Positions 9,201 to 19,043 of a DNA stretch of 64,000 nt are shown in pieces; positions within the stretch are counted from its first letter, which is position 1, and every line of letters begins with the position of its first letter. The notes under the pieces are model-generated. The model did not search any database, had not been told where the DNA came from, and saw nothing but the letters and a program-made list of their open reading frames with translations. Made by a program: the position numbers and the translations under genes. Source of the stretch: Nibricoccus sp. (GTDB taxonomy: Bacteria; Verrucomicrobiota; Verrucomicrobiia; Opitutales; Opitutaceae); contig JASGHG010000001.1 of the NCBI GenBank assembly GCA_047602425.1, positions 1,440,001 to 1,504,000 on the forward strand, read 5' to 3'.

Positions 9201-12200
9201 CAATAGGTTACTCCTCATCTGAAAAAACTTCTGGCAAACCTGGGACTGCTAAAGGCAAAAGTAACCTATTAGGTTACGAACCTTCTGATATCGCTAATTC
9301 TGAAAACGAGCTGCTTGTTGCCGAGAACAGCGCGGCTTTACCCGCCCAGTCTTCCAACGCCCCTGTCCTTTCCGTGATCGGCGCACGCGAAAACAATCTC
9401 AAAAATCTCTCCGTCTCGATTCCGCACCACGAGCTCTCGGTCGTCACCGGCGTCTCCGGTTCGGGCAAGTCCACCCTCGCGTTCGACATCGTGTTTGCCG
9501 AGGGCCAGCGCCGCTTCATGGAGTCAATGTCGCCTTACGCCCGTCAGTTTGTCGAACAACTCCCCAGGCCCAGCATCGACCGGCTTACGGGCATCCCGCC
9601 CACCGTTGCCATCGAACAACGCGTCACCCGCGGCTCGCGCAAATCCACCGTCGCCACCATCACCGAAGTCGCACAATACCTCCGCCTCCTCTACGCCCGG
9701 CTCGGCATTCAACACCATCCCGATACCGACAAACCCGTCGAACCCCTTTCACCCGGCCAGTTGAAAAAACTTTTGGCCCGCGTGGTCGCCACGCCCAAAG
9801 CAAAAAAGGCCAAGCACCTTTATCTCTGCGCGCCGCTCATCCGCGGACGCAAAGGCCATCATCAGCCGATCGCCACGTGGATCGAGAATCAGGGTTATGA
9901 GCTCATGCGTGCCGACGGTCGTCTCCTGCGCGTGGACACTTTCGAAAAACTCGACCGCTACAAGGAGCACGACATTGAGGTCGTCGTCGCAGATCTGAAG
10001 TCGGAGATCGGAGGTCGGAGGTCGGAACGCAAACCAACCAATCCACGCTCAAAATCCGAACTGACCTCCGACTCCCGACCTCCGACTTCCACTGAAGCGC
10101 TCGACGACGCTCTCCGCCTCGGCAAAGGCTCTTGCTTTCTCCTCACTCCCGCCGGCGAAATCCTTTCCTGGTTTTCCACCACGCGCACCGATATCGAAAC
10201 CGGTGAGTCCTTTCCGGAGCTCGATCCGAAACATTTTTCATTCAACTCACCGCGCGGTTGGTGCCCGACGTGCCGTGGCCACGGACGCATTTTCCCCTGG
10301 ATGCTCGAACTCGATAAGGAAGATGAAGAGGACGCCGACCAAGCACTTCGTCTCCGCGCTTTTGGCGTCGAATCGTCCGATGACGTCGGCGACTCCGGCC
10401 AACCTTGTCCCGAATGTCACGGCGAACGCCTTAATCGCATTGCACGTTCCGTGCGCCTGCATTTCCGCGGGAAACAACCACCGCTCTCGCTTCCGCAGCT
10501 CCTTCGTTCCACTCCCGCACAACTCCTCACTCATCTCCGCGCGCTCGAACTCGACGCCCGCGAGCCGCGCGATCACGGAGGATATCGTGCCGCAAATCGA
10601 AGAACGCCTTCGCTTCCTCGATCACGTCGGTCTCGGCTACCTTTCGCTCGATCGTCCGACCGAAACACTTTCCGGAGGCGAAGCCCAGCGCATCCGTCTC
10701 GCCGCCCAACTCGGATCAAATCTCTCCGGCGTTCTTTATGTCCTCGACGAGCCTTCCATCGGTCTGCACGCGCGCGATAACGACCGCCTGATCGAAACGC
10801 TCAAGGCCTTGCGCGAAAAAGGAAATACCCTCCTCGTGGTCGAACACGACGACGAGCTGATGGAGCAAGCTGACCGCATCATCGACCTCGGTCCCGCCGC
10901 CGGCGTCCACGGTGGCGAACTACTCGCCATCGGTACACCCGCCGAGATCAAGCGCAGCGACAAATCCCTCACCGGCCTCTTTCTCGCCAAGGGCATCGCC
11001 CATCCGCTTCGGGGCGAGTACCGCGAAATTCAGAAACCAGAGGCCAGAAGCCAGAAGCCAGCACGAAAAACCAAACTTGCCACTTCTTCTCCGACATCTG
11101 GCCTCCGGCCTCCGGCCTCTGGCATCTGGCTTACCCTCACCGGAGCTCGCCTGCGCAATCTTAAGAACTTCGATCTCCGTCTTCCGCTCGGGCGCCTGAT
11201 CATGGTCGCGGGACCCAGCGGCGCGGGTAAATCCACGCTTTTCCGCGATTTGCTCGATCCCGCTGTCACTACCGCGATCAAAGAGAAAAAGTCCCGCCTG
11301 ACCGGAAAAGACTTCGTCAAAGTCACCGGTTTCGCCTCCGAGGAATCGCAAACTTCAACTTCTAGATCCAAAACCCTTTCTCCCTTCGACGAACTTTCCG
11401 GCGCAACCGTTTTCAAGTCCGTCATCGAAGTCGATCAATCTCCCATCGGTAAAACACCGCGCTCCACGCCCGCGACCTACCTCGGTATCTTCGATTTGAT
11501 CCGCCAGTTCTTCGCTTCGATCCCCGAGTCGAAAATTCGCGGCTACACCGCCTCGCGCTTTTCCTTCAATACCGCGGGTGGCCGCTGCGAAACCTGCGCC
11601 GGCGCCGGACGGATCAAGTTGGAAATGGCGTTTATGCCCGACACGTACCTGCCGTGCGACAACTGCCGCGGCACGCGTTACAGTGCCGAACTCTCGGACA
11701 TCACCTGGAAGAATAAAACCATCGGCGACGTCCTCGCGCTCACGTTCGAAGAGGCCGCGCAGTTTTTCGATTTCCATTCCCAGCTCTCGCAAGTCTGCCA
11801 GCTCATGGTCGATTGCGGCCTCGGTTACCTCACCCTCGGCCAAAGCTCGCCGACCCTCTCCGGTGGCGAAGCCCAACGCCTCAAGCTCGTGACCGAGCTT
11901 TCCCGCGGACTCGCCAGCTACAAAGAACGTTCGTATGGCATCCAGCGGCAGAACCTCTACCTTCTGGAAGAGCCAACCATTGGCTTGCACCTAAGTGACT
12001 GTGAAAAACTCATCCGTGTGCTCCATTCGCTGGTGGATCAAGGCCACACGGTCATTGTGATTGAGCACCACCTTGATTTGCTCGCCGAAGCCGATTACAT
12101 CGTCGAACTCGGACCAGTCGGCGGCCCCGACGGCGGCGAACTCCTTTACCAAGGCCCGCTCGAGGGCCTGCTAAAAGTAAAGGGCTCCCCCACCGCACCC

Positions 12201-12227
12201 TACTTGAAAACGAAACTGAAGAAATAA
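6248..12227 (+). CDS. uvrA: Excinuclease ABC subunit A, tandem double-length form, with a +1 frameshift near 10562 (sequencing error or pseudogene)
   Basis: Four Walker A motifs ([16 protein letters not shown] x2, GPSGAGKS), LSGGE signatures and CxxC zinc fingers. The reading frame switches at GAC GCC CGC [G] AGC CGC GCG ATC. Confidence 0.92.
9193..9277. repeat. Two GTAACC-N5-GGTTAC palindromes in the uvrA inter-unit linker
   Basis: GAGTAACC-CAATA-GGTTACTC (9193-9213) and GTAACCTATTAGGTTAC (9261-9277); degenerate copy at 7650-7672. Confidence 0.7.
9997..10089. repeat. Inverted pair of heptamer tandem repeats, in frame in uvrA
   Basis: (GTCGGAG)n ... (CTCCGAC)n arms. Confidence 0.8.
11031..11129. 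repeat. Inverted pair of heptamer tandem repeats, in frame in uvrA
   Basis: (CCAGAAG)n ... (CTCCGGC/CTCTGGC)n arms. Confidence 0.8.
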
Positions 12228-12248
12228 CCAGAGTCGGTTTACGAACCA

Positions 12249-12371
12249 TTTCACAGAAGCTAACAAAGGCAACGAAGCGTCGGTCGACTTTCCGACTCAA
12301 ATTTTCAAGCCGTGGAATCTCAATCAAGCGCAGACCACAGTTCTTCGCTACCTTCGTTTCCTTTTGTAAAA
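12249..12371. repeat. Intergenic inverted repeat with 9-nt periodic arms
   Basis: ACAGAAGCTAACAAAGGCAACGAAG ... CTTCGCTACCTTCGTTTCCTTTTGT; related arms at about 43080-43135, 46200-46257 and 47730-47800. Confidence 0.65.
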
Positions 12372-12390
12372 CATCCTTCGCGTGATCGCC

Positions 12391-13137
12391 TCAGCGATAC
12401 GGCTGGTGCAGATCGACGTGCTTGGCGGTTTTGCTGCGGAGCTTGAGGTTGAGCATCTCGACGCCGAAGGCGAAGGCCATCGAGAAGTAAATGTAACCTT
12501 TCGGGATATGCTGGCCGAGCGATTCGCCGACAAGAGTCACACCAATCAATATCAGGAAACTCAACGCGAGCATCTTGAGCGTCGGGTGTTTGTGCACGAA
12601 GTCGCTGATCTTGCCCGCGAAGACCAGCATGATGCCGAGTGCGATGACCACGGCGGCGACCATCACGCCGAGATGATTAGCCATGCCGACCGCGGTGATC
12701 ACTGAGTCGAGCGAGAATACAATATCAAGCAGCATGATTTGGATAACCACACTCATGAAGGAAACCGCACGCCGCTTCGAGGTCGCTTCACCGTCCTCGC
12801 CTTCGAGTTTTTCGTGAATCTCGCGTACACTCTTGGCGATTAGAAACAGACCGCCGATTCCGAGGATTAAATCGCGCCCGGAAACGCCGTGTCCCACAAT
12901 CGGAAAGGTGAACAAGGGCGTCGTGAGTCGCATCAACCAAGTGATGCTAAACAACAGGAGAATGCGCGTGATCAACGCGAGCATGAGGCCAACCTGACGC
13001 GCCTTGCCCTGTTTCTCGGCGGGTAATTTCCCGGCGAGGATCGAAATAAAAATGATATTGTCGATGCCCAGAACGATTTCCAAGCCGGTCAACGTGAGCA
13101 GTGAAATCCAGATTTGCGGATCAGTAAGCCATTCCAT
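12391..13137 (-). CDS. terC: TerC family integral membrane protein
   Basis: LEIVLGIDN and DIVFSLDSVITAVG motifs. Confidence 0.92.
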   Translation of the reverse strand: MEWLTDPQIWISLLTLTGLEIVLGIDNIIFISILAGKLPAEKQGKARQVGLMLALITRILLLFSITWLMRLTTPLFTFPIVGHGVSGRDLILGIGGLFLIAKSVREIHEKLEGEDGEATSKRRAVSFMSVVIQIMLLDIVFSLDSVITAVGMANHLGVMVAAVVIALGIMLVFAGKISDFVHKHPTLKMLALSFLILIGVTLVGESLGQHIPKGYIYFSMAFAFGVEMLNLKLRSKTAKHVDLHQPYR

Positions 13138-13229
13138 GATGCACGCTAAAAGGTCAGAGCCAGGCATTTCGTCAATGCGAACTGGCCGAAATCGGCGCAC
13201 AAGCCACAACCAAGGAGACAATCCGTTTG

Positions 13230-13333
13230 GCCACAAAAAGCACAAATGCCTGATCCTCCGACAGTGTTGCCCGCGCGCCTATAGGCGCCTCGATGGTTCG
13301 TACAACAGCTCGATTTTTTGCGCCTTTTGTGGC
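13230..13333. repeat. Intergenic inverted repeat
   Basis: GCCACAAAAAGCACAAA ... TTTGCGCCTTTTGTGGC. Confidence 0.55.
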
Positions 13334-13340
13334 TAAAAAC

Positions 13341-13376
13341 AAAAACGCCGCCCCTCGGGAAAGGCGGCGCAAAAAA
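13341..13376 (-). terminator. Probable intrinsic terminator downstream of rhaB
   Basis: CGCCGCC-loop-GGCGGCG stem preceded by an A run on + (U tract on -). Confidence 0.6.
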
Positions 13377-13397
13377 CTTACTGATCTAAAAAAATAC

Positions 13398-14831
13398 TCA
13401 GCCCCTCGGCTTGTACTCCGTCTTCTCCAAACCGGCGCCGAGGTGTTTGCGGAAGGTGGCTTTGTCTTTCACCGCGCGCAGCGAGATCAGCTGGCTGGCA
13501 ATATTACCGACGGCCGTGCCTTCGAGGCTGAACGACACCACGGGAATCCCCGCGGCGTCGGCCGTCGCCTGGCACATGAGCTTGTTGCGGGAACCGCCTC
13601 CAACCACCAGGATGCGCTTGAATTTCCTGCCGGTCATGCGCTCGAAGTTGGCCTTCGCGTTCGCATGGCCTTGACCGAGCGAATCGCAGATGAGGCGGAG
13701 GTAGCCGGCGAGGTCCTTCGGCGGACGCGCGCCTTTTTTCTTGAGTTGAGCGTCGATCGCAGCGCGCATCGAGGGCGGATTGGAGAAAATAGGGTCCGTT
13801 GTATCCAGCAGTTGTTTCGGCGCGGGCAACGCGGCCGCGGCGGCGTTGAGCTTGGCCCGTTCGTCTTCCTTGGTCGGACGGTTCGGGAAGGCTTTCATCA
13901 CGCCTTCGAGCAGCCAGAAACCGATCACATTCGTAAGCGGACGGTAGCGGCCGTCGCCAATGCGTTCATTGGCAATGCGAGCGGCAAGCGCCTCGGAGCC
14001 GAGGACAGGCTTGTCGCTTTCGAAGCCAACGAGCGACCACGTACCCGAACTGAGAAAGAGATCGTCGCCATCCGGATCGGCGGGCATCGCGTCGTAGGCA
14101 GCGGCGGTATCATGGCCGGGCACCGCGATGACTTTCACTCCTTTGAGTTCGGGGAAGTTGACGACGTTGCCGAGTTTCGTGCCGGCCAAAACCGGCTTCG
14201 AGAACCAACCGGCCGGAATGCGGAAGTAATCGAGCGCCGGGCGCGACCAGTCGCACGAATGCACATCGAGCAGTTGCGTTGTGCTGGCGATGGTGAGTTC
14301 GTTCTCCATGCGGCCGGAGAGCAGGTAGTTCAAATAATCCGGCAGGAAAAGGCAGCGCGACGCCATGTCCTCAATCGCGGGGCAGTTGGCGACGACTTCG
14401 GCCAGTTGGAGCGAGCTGTTGTAGAAAACATTAGGAATGCCCGTTGCAGCGTAAATGCGATCGAGCGCGGCGCGTGTATTGCCGAGTTTTTTCAGACCAG
14501 CCTGCGTGCGGTTGCAGCGATAAGCGTGCATCGGGAAGACGAGGCGACCCGCGTCGTTGAGCAAAACATAGTCGACGCCCCACGTGTCGACGCCGACCGA
14601 GGAAAGTTTCGCGCCTTTCGGGAGCGCGGCGACGGCTTTGCGGAGGCCGGTTTGCACTTCATTCCAGAGTGTGCCGATTTCCCAATAATCGTGCGCGCCG
14701 AGCGAGCGAAACGCGTTGGGGAACCGGTGAACTTCGTTCAGCCGGAGCTGGTTTTTAGCCCAAGAACCGAGGATGACTCGGCCACTTGTGGCACCTAGAT
14801 CGACAGCAGCGCAATAAACGGTGGAGGCCAT
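13398..14831 (-). CDS. rhaB: Rhamnulokinase (FGGY family)
   Basis: AVDLGATSGR, GVDTWGVDY, GHDTAAA, LSSGTWSLVG, VGGGSRN motifs. Confidence 0.88.
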   Translation of the reverse strand: MASTVYCAAVDLGATSGRVILGSWAKNQLRLNEVHRFPNAFRSLGAHDYWEIGTLWNEVQTGLRKAVAALPKGAKLSSVGVDTWGVDYVLLNDAGRLVFPMHAYRCNRTQAGLKKLGNTRAALDRIYAATGIPNVFYNSSLQLAEVVANCPAIEDMASRCLFLPDYLNYLLSGRMENELTIASTTQLLDVHSCDWSRPALDYFRIPAGWFSKPVLAGTKLGNVVNFPELKGVKVIAVPGHDTAAAYDAMPADPDGDDLFLSSGTWSLVGFESDKPVLGSEALAARIANERIGDGRYRPLTNVIGFWLLEGVMKAFPNRPTKEDERAKLNAAAAALPAPKQLLDTTDPIFSNPPSMRAAIDAQLKKKGARPPKDLAGYLRLICDSLGQGHANAKANFERMTGRKFKRILVVGGGSRNKLMCQATADAAGIPVVSFSLEGTAVGNIASQLISLRAVKDKATFRKHLGAGLEKTEYKPRG

Positions 14832-14946
14832 GGGGAAATCGACCAGAAGCTTGGCTAATCGATTCTGACATATCGACAAAAATCACCCGGGCGGCCGAAG
14901 GTTTGCGATTGTACCGTCAACCGCGGGAAATACTGTCGGTCCTCTC

Positions 14947-15720
14947 ATGTCCACGACCACACCCGCGCGCCCAACCGGCAAACGTATCCAGCTTATGGCG
15001 ACGTGCCTGTGCGACGCGTTTTACGACGACGTTGCCGCCGCCACCGTTGAGATCCTCGAACACCTCGGCTGCGAAATCGATTTCCCCGAAAGCCAGACTT
15101 GCTGCGGCCAGCCGGCCTTCAACGGCGGCGATTGGCCTGCTTCGCGCAAGGTCGTCCGGCACGCGGTCAAAACTTTTGCCGGCGAGAATCCCGTCGTTGT
15201 CCCGTCCGGCTCGTGCGCCGCGATGATGTACCATGGCGCGGTGATGGAATTCGAAAAAGAGCCCGACCTCGACGCCGTCAAACAGCTCGGCAACCGCACG
15301 TGGGAAGTTTGCGACTATATCGTCAACGGCCTCGGCGTCACGACGTGGGGCGGTCGTTTCGACGCGAAGATCGCGTTTCATCGTTCGTGTCACTTGCGCG
15401 GCAGCAATTCCACCGAAGCCGTGTTCAAACTCCTCCGCTCGATCGAGGGCGTTGAATTGGTGGAGTTCGACGAGTTCGAGCAATGCTGCGGATTCGGCGG
15501 CACGTTTTCGGTGACGTTTCCGCACATTTCAAAACAGATGGGCGAATTGAAGCTCAGCCATTTCCGCGCCGCCAAGCCCGACCTCATCGTCTCGGCCGAC
15601 ATGAGCTGCCTGATGCACCTCAGCGGCCTAGCCAACAAACAGGGCCAACCGATTAAAAACATGCACGTCGCCCAGGTTCTCCGCGACGCGCTCAAAAATT
15701 CCGGGAAACTCGCGAAATGA
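14947..15720 (+). CDS. lutA: L-lactate utilization protein A (CCG-domain Fe-S protein)
   Basis: TCLCD, QTCCGQP, HRSCH, CCGFGGTF, DMSCLMH motifs. Confidence 0.88.
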   Translation: MSTTTPARPTGKRIQLMATCLCDAFYDDVAAATVEILEHLGCEIDFPESQTCCGQPAFNGGDWPASRKVVRHAVKTFAGENPVVVPSGSCAAMMYHGAVMEFEKEPDLDAVKQLGNRTWEVCDYIVNGLGVTTWGGRFDAKIAFHRSCHLRGSNSTEAVFKLLRSIEGVELVEFDEFEQCCGFGGTFSVTFPHISKQMGELKLSHFRAAKPDLIVSADMSCLMHLSGLANKQGQPIKNMHVAQVLRDALKNSGKLAK

Positions 15721-17108
15721 AATACCAGCAAATCGACCAGTACGCCGCGAAGATTTCCCTCGAGAAACGCACCGCCGTCTATGGTGGCTCCAAGGCTGGC
15801 TACGACAGTCGCAAGAAAGCGCTTTTCACGCACTACACCGCGCCCGACGACCTCCGTAAACTCGCCGGCAATATCAAGCAGCACGCGATCGAAAATCTCG
15901 ACACCTACCTCCCGCAGGTCGAAGCCAAACTTCAAGCCAACGGCGCGAAAGTTCACTGGGCCGAGGACGCCAATGAGGCCTGCGCCCGCGTGCTTGAAAT
16001 CATGCGCGCCCGCAACGCGACCAAAATCGTCAAAGCCAAGACGATGGTGAGCGAAGAAATCGGCCTCGCCCCTTACCTCGAAAAAGAAGGCATCGAGTGC
16101 CTCGAAACCGACCTCGGCGAATTCATTGTCCAAATCGGACACGACCATCCGTCGCACATCGTCAAACCGATCATCCACAAAAACCGCCGCGAGATCGCGA
16201 AGCTTTTTGAGGAAAACGGACTCGGCGATTACAACGACGATCCCGAAACAATCACGCGCCGCGCCCGCCAGTTTCTCCGCCACAAATACCTCGAAGCCGA
16301 CGTCGGTCTCACAGGCGCGAATTTCGTCTCCGCCGAAAGCGGTCGCATCGTCCTGGTGACCAACGAGGGCAATTCCCGTTTCTCGCTCGCCGCAACCAAG
16401 GTTCACATCGCGCTGATCGGCATCGAAAAAGTCGTCCCGAAAGACCGCGACCTCGCCATTCTCCTCAACCTCCTCGCTCGCTCCGGCACCGGCCAGCAGC
16501 TCACGGTTTACACCGAGTTCATCAACGGCCCGAAATCCGCCACGCAGCCCGACGGCCCGGAGGAAATGCACGTCATCTTCGTCGACAACGGTCGCACCGA
16601 AGTCCTCGCCAGCGACTGCAAAGAAATCCTCCGCTGCATCCGTTGCGGAGCATGCCTCAACGTTTGTCCCGTCTATCGCCAGGCCAGCGGACACGCCTAC
16701 CGCAGTGTTTATCCCGGCCCGGTCGGAGCCGTGCTCTCGCCGATTCTGGCCGGAAAGAAGTTCCCCGAACTAGCCGACCTACCCAAAGCCTCCAGCCTTT
16801 GCGGCGCGTGCAACGAGGTCTGCCCGGTCAACATCCCGATCCCCGACTTGCTCCTTCGCCTACGCGACCGCGGCAAACGCGAGCACAGCGAAGCCGCGGC
16901 GGCAGCCGCAGTGCCGCTCGGCGGTTTCGCCCTCGGCGCGACTTCGCCCACGCTCTGGAAAACCGCCCTCTCCCTCGGCGGCCTCAACACGCTCGTGCCA
17001 AACGCGCTCCTCCCGCGCGCCGCCAAAACCTGGATCGACGACCGCGGCCTGCCCGAATGGCGCGGCGGCGAATTCAGAAAGTGGATGAAAAACAGGAAAA
17101 AGAAATGA
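15717..17108 (+). CDS. lutB: L-lactate utilization protein B (Fe-S)
   Basis: ETDLGEFI, PSHIV, TNEGN, CIRCGACLNVCP, LCGACNEVCP; ATGA overlap with lutA. Confidence 0.92.
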   Translation: MKYQQIDQYAAKISLEKRTAVYGGSKAGYDSRKKALFTHYTAPDDLRKLAGNIKQHAIENLDTYLPQVEAKLQANGAKVHWAEDANEACARVLEIMRARNATKIVKAKTMVSEEIGLAPYLEKEGIECLETDLGEFIVQIGHDHPSHIVKPIIHKNRREIAKLFEENGLGDYNDDPETITRRARQFLRHKYLEADVGLTGANFVSAESGRIVLVTNEGNSRFSLAATKVHIALIGIEKVVPKDRDLAILLNLLARSGTGQQLTVYTEFINGPKSATQPDGPEEMHVIFVDNGRTEVLASDCKEILRCIRCGACLNVCPVYRQASGHAYRSVYPGPVGAVLSPILAGKKFPELADLPKASSLCGACNEVCPVNIPIPDLLLRLRDRGKREHSEAAAAAAVPLGGFALGATSPTLWKTALSLGGLNTLVPNALLPRAAKTWIDDRGLPEWRGGEFRKWMKNRKKK

Positions 17109-17716
17109 GCTCTTCCCGCGAAAAAATTCTCGGCCGCGTCAACGCCGCCCTCGCTCCCCTGCCGAAGCGCGCCGTCCATCCCGACTTCGCCGACAAAACG
17201 GCCACCATGCCGAACCTTCCGCTCGGCGACACGACTGCGCTGTTCAAGGAGCGCCTGAAGCTCGTCAATGGCCAGTCCTTCGATGATGCCGCTTCGCTCG
17301 TCGCCTGGCTCAAAGCCGCCGGTCACACCCGCGGCTATTGCGATCCTGCGCTTTGGGCGGGCTTGAGCGCTGCGTTTAGTGATGGCTTCAAAGTCGAAAC
17401 GTCGTTCGACCGCACGCGTGTCGATGACTATCAGTTCGGCATCACGCGCTCGGTCGGCGCGATTGCCGAAACCGGTTCGATCATCCTCACGGACAAAGCG
17501 ACGTCGTCGCGTCTCGGCGCGCTCGCGCCTTGGATTCACATCGCGGTCGTTTCAAAAAAGCAGATTCATCCCGACCTCGTTTCCGCCGTCACCGCACTCG
17601 GCGACGATCCTAATGTCATCTGGTGCACGGGCCCGTCGAAAACCGCGGACGTCGAAGGCATTTTGATCCAAGGCGTTCATGGTCCGGGGGTGCAGATCGC
17701 TTTGCTCGAAAATTGA
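17105..17716 (+). CDS. lutC: L-lactate utilization protein C
   Basis: AIAETGS and TGPSKTADVEGILIQGVHGP motifs; ATGA overlap with lutB. Confidence 0.9.
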   Translation: MSSSREKILGRVNAALAPLPKRAVHPDFADKTATMPNLPLGDTTALFKERLKLVNGQSFDDAASLVAWLKAAGHTRGYCDPALWAGLSAAFSDGFKVETSFDRTRVDDYQFGITRSVGAIAETGSIILTDKATSSRLGALAPWIHIAVVSKKQIHPDLVSAVTALGDDPNVIWCTGPSKTADVEGILIQGVHGPGVQIALLEN

Positions 17717-17979
17717 GCGGAATATCGGGGAATGCGCCTATTCGATTTTGGGAAAAAGCAATACCCCTGAAACCCTACCTCTGGAAAGACGCGGAAGCTA
17801 AAAGACTTCCGCGATTTTAACAATTCCCTAACCAGAGAATTGGCTCCAGTTTTACCGGCTTTTGCCGTCAATTCGCGATATTAGACTTGGATATTTTTTC
17901 AAGTCTGCCGTATTTACAGTTACTCCTAACTACAAGCGACAGCTAGTACCCTCAGTCGTTCTCACCCCCTCTTGTCGCC

Positions 17980-18174
17980 ATGCCCCTCCAGCCCGTCAGT
18001 TCATTCCGAAAGCTCAGCAGACTCCTGTCAGCCGTCCTCCTCTTCGCCCTTTTAACCAATGGCGCAGTCGCCGCCACCGTGCAGCCGACCTTCGGCGCCG
18101 GTTCGCTCGATGATTGGCTTGCACTCGGTCTCGCTATGCTTGCAGCGCTTTATTGCGTGCAAAAGCGGGAGTAA
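17980..18174 (+). CDS. Small protein: signal peptide joined to a C-terminal TM anchor
   Basis: 64 aa; signal-like N-terminus ending AVAA, then QPTFGAGSL, a hydrophobic helix and basic tail QKRE. Confidence 0.4.
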   Translation: MPLQPVSSFRKLSRLLSAVLLFALLTNGAVAATVQPTFGAGSLDDWLALGLAMLAALYCVQKRE

Positions 18175-18252
18175 ATTTTCTCCCGAATTCGGCTCGGTCC
18201 AACGAGTTTAGCTTTGCTGTTTTTCGGCTGCCACGTTTTGTAGGCAACCACT

Positions 18253-18525
18253 GTGAATCTTTCACCTCGGGATGACGAATCATTGATCACGGGCGGCGAA
18301 ACCGTGGAAGAACTGCGTGATTTTATCGCCAGGATCTCAATTGAGTGCCCCGTGGGCCGGGTTCATACCAGATGTCCGTTCAATATGTTTGGCCTGCTCA
18401 ATCCGCAGGTTAGGCAAAATCTCATTCGAGATATGTCGATTGAGGCCTGTCAGCACTTCTTCGAGTTGGAACTCGAATGTCGCGCCACGCCCGATTGCGC
18501 GCAGCATATAAAAACCGCGCGCTAG
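18253..18525 (+). CDS. Hypothetical Cys-rich protein
   Basis: 90-aa ORF with CP-x7-CPF and three further Cys. Confidence 0.5.
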   Translation: MNLSPRDDESLITGGETVEELRDFIARISIECPVGRVHTRCPFNMFGLLNPQVRQNLIRDMSIEACQHFFELELECRATPDCAQHIKTAR

Positions 18526-18535
18526 GAGCTTACGC

Positions 18536-18991
18536 TCAAATCCCGGACGGCGGCAGCAGTTGCACGATCGCGCAGAGCCGCGAAGCGTCGGTGGTGAGTT
18601 TCTCGCAGATCCAAACGCGAATATTCCAACTCACGCCGCCCACATCTGCCACACCTGTGGCCTTGGTGGGAAATTTTTTCAAAGGCGATCCGCGCAGATG
18701 CGGAAAACGCGCCAAGGGCACATAACGTGGGCCATGGTATTTTCCGCGCACCCGGTAGTCGAGGCAGCCGACTTTCAAACCTTCTTCGCATTCGTCGAAC
18801 ACGATGTCCTTCAACGCGTGCTCCATCGCGCACCAGACCGACCAGGCAAGGATGTCTTCGAGGGTGGAAACCGCAGTGGGCTGGGCCGGTGGCGCGTCGA
18901 AAATAAAATGGAAGTTTTTCACGGAAGTGGCTTTGAGTTTTGCCAGCCCGAAATCGCCCCGAGGGACTTTCCGCGCCGACATCACTTCCAT
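18536..18991 (-). CDS. Hypothetical protein
   Basis: 151-aa ORF co-oriented downstream of pgl; no recognised motif. Confidence 0.5.
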   Translation of the reverse strand: MEVMSARKVPRGDFGLAKLKATSVKNFHFIFDAPPAQPTAVSTLEDILAWSVWCAMEHALKDIVFDECEEGLKVGCLDYRVRGKYHGPRYVPLARFPHLRGSPLKKFPTKATGVADVGGVSWNIRVWICEKLTTDASRLCAIVQLLPPSGI

Positions 18992-19043
18992 CGGTCGAAA
19001 CCGCCGCCAACTTTAGCCCCGATCCGAAGGCTTTTAGTAAGGT

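Noticed and set aside
10550..10575. Programmed ribosomal frameshift in uvrA
   Set aside because: There is no slippery sequence or obvious stimulatory structure at the switch point.
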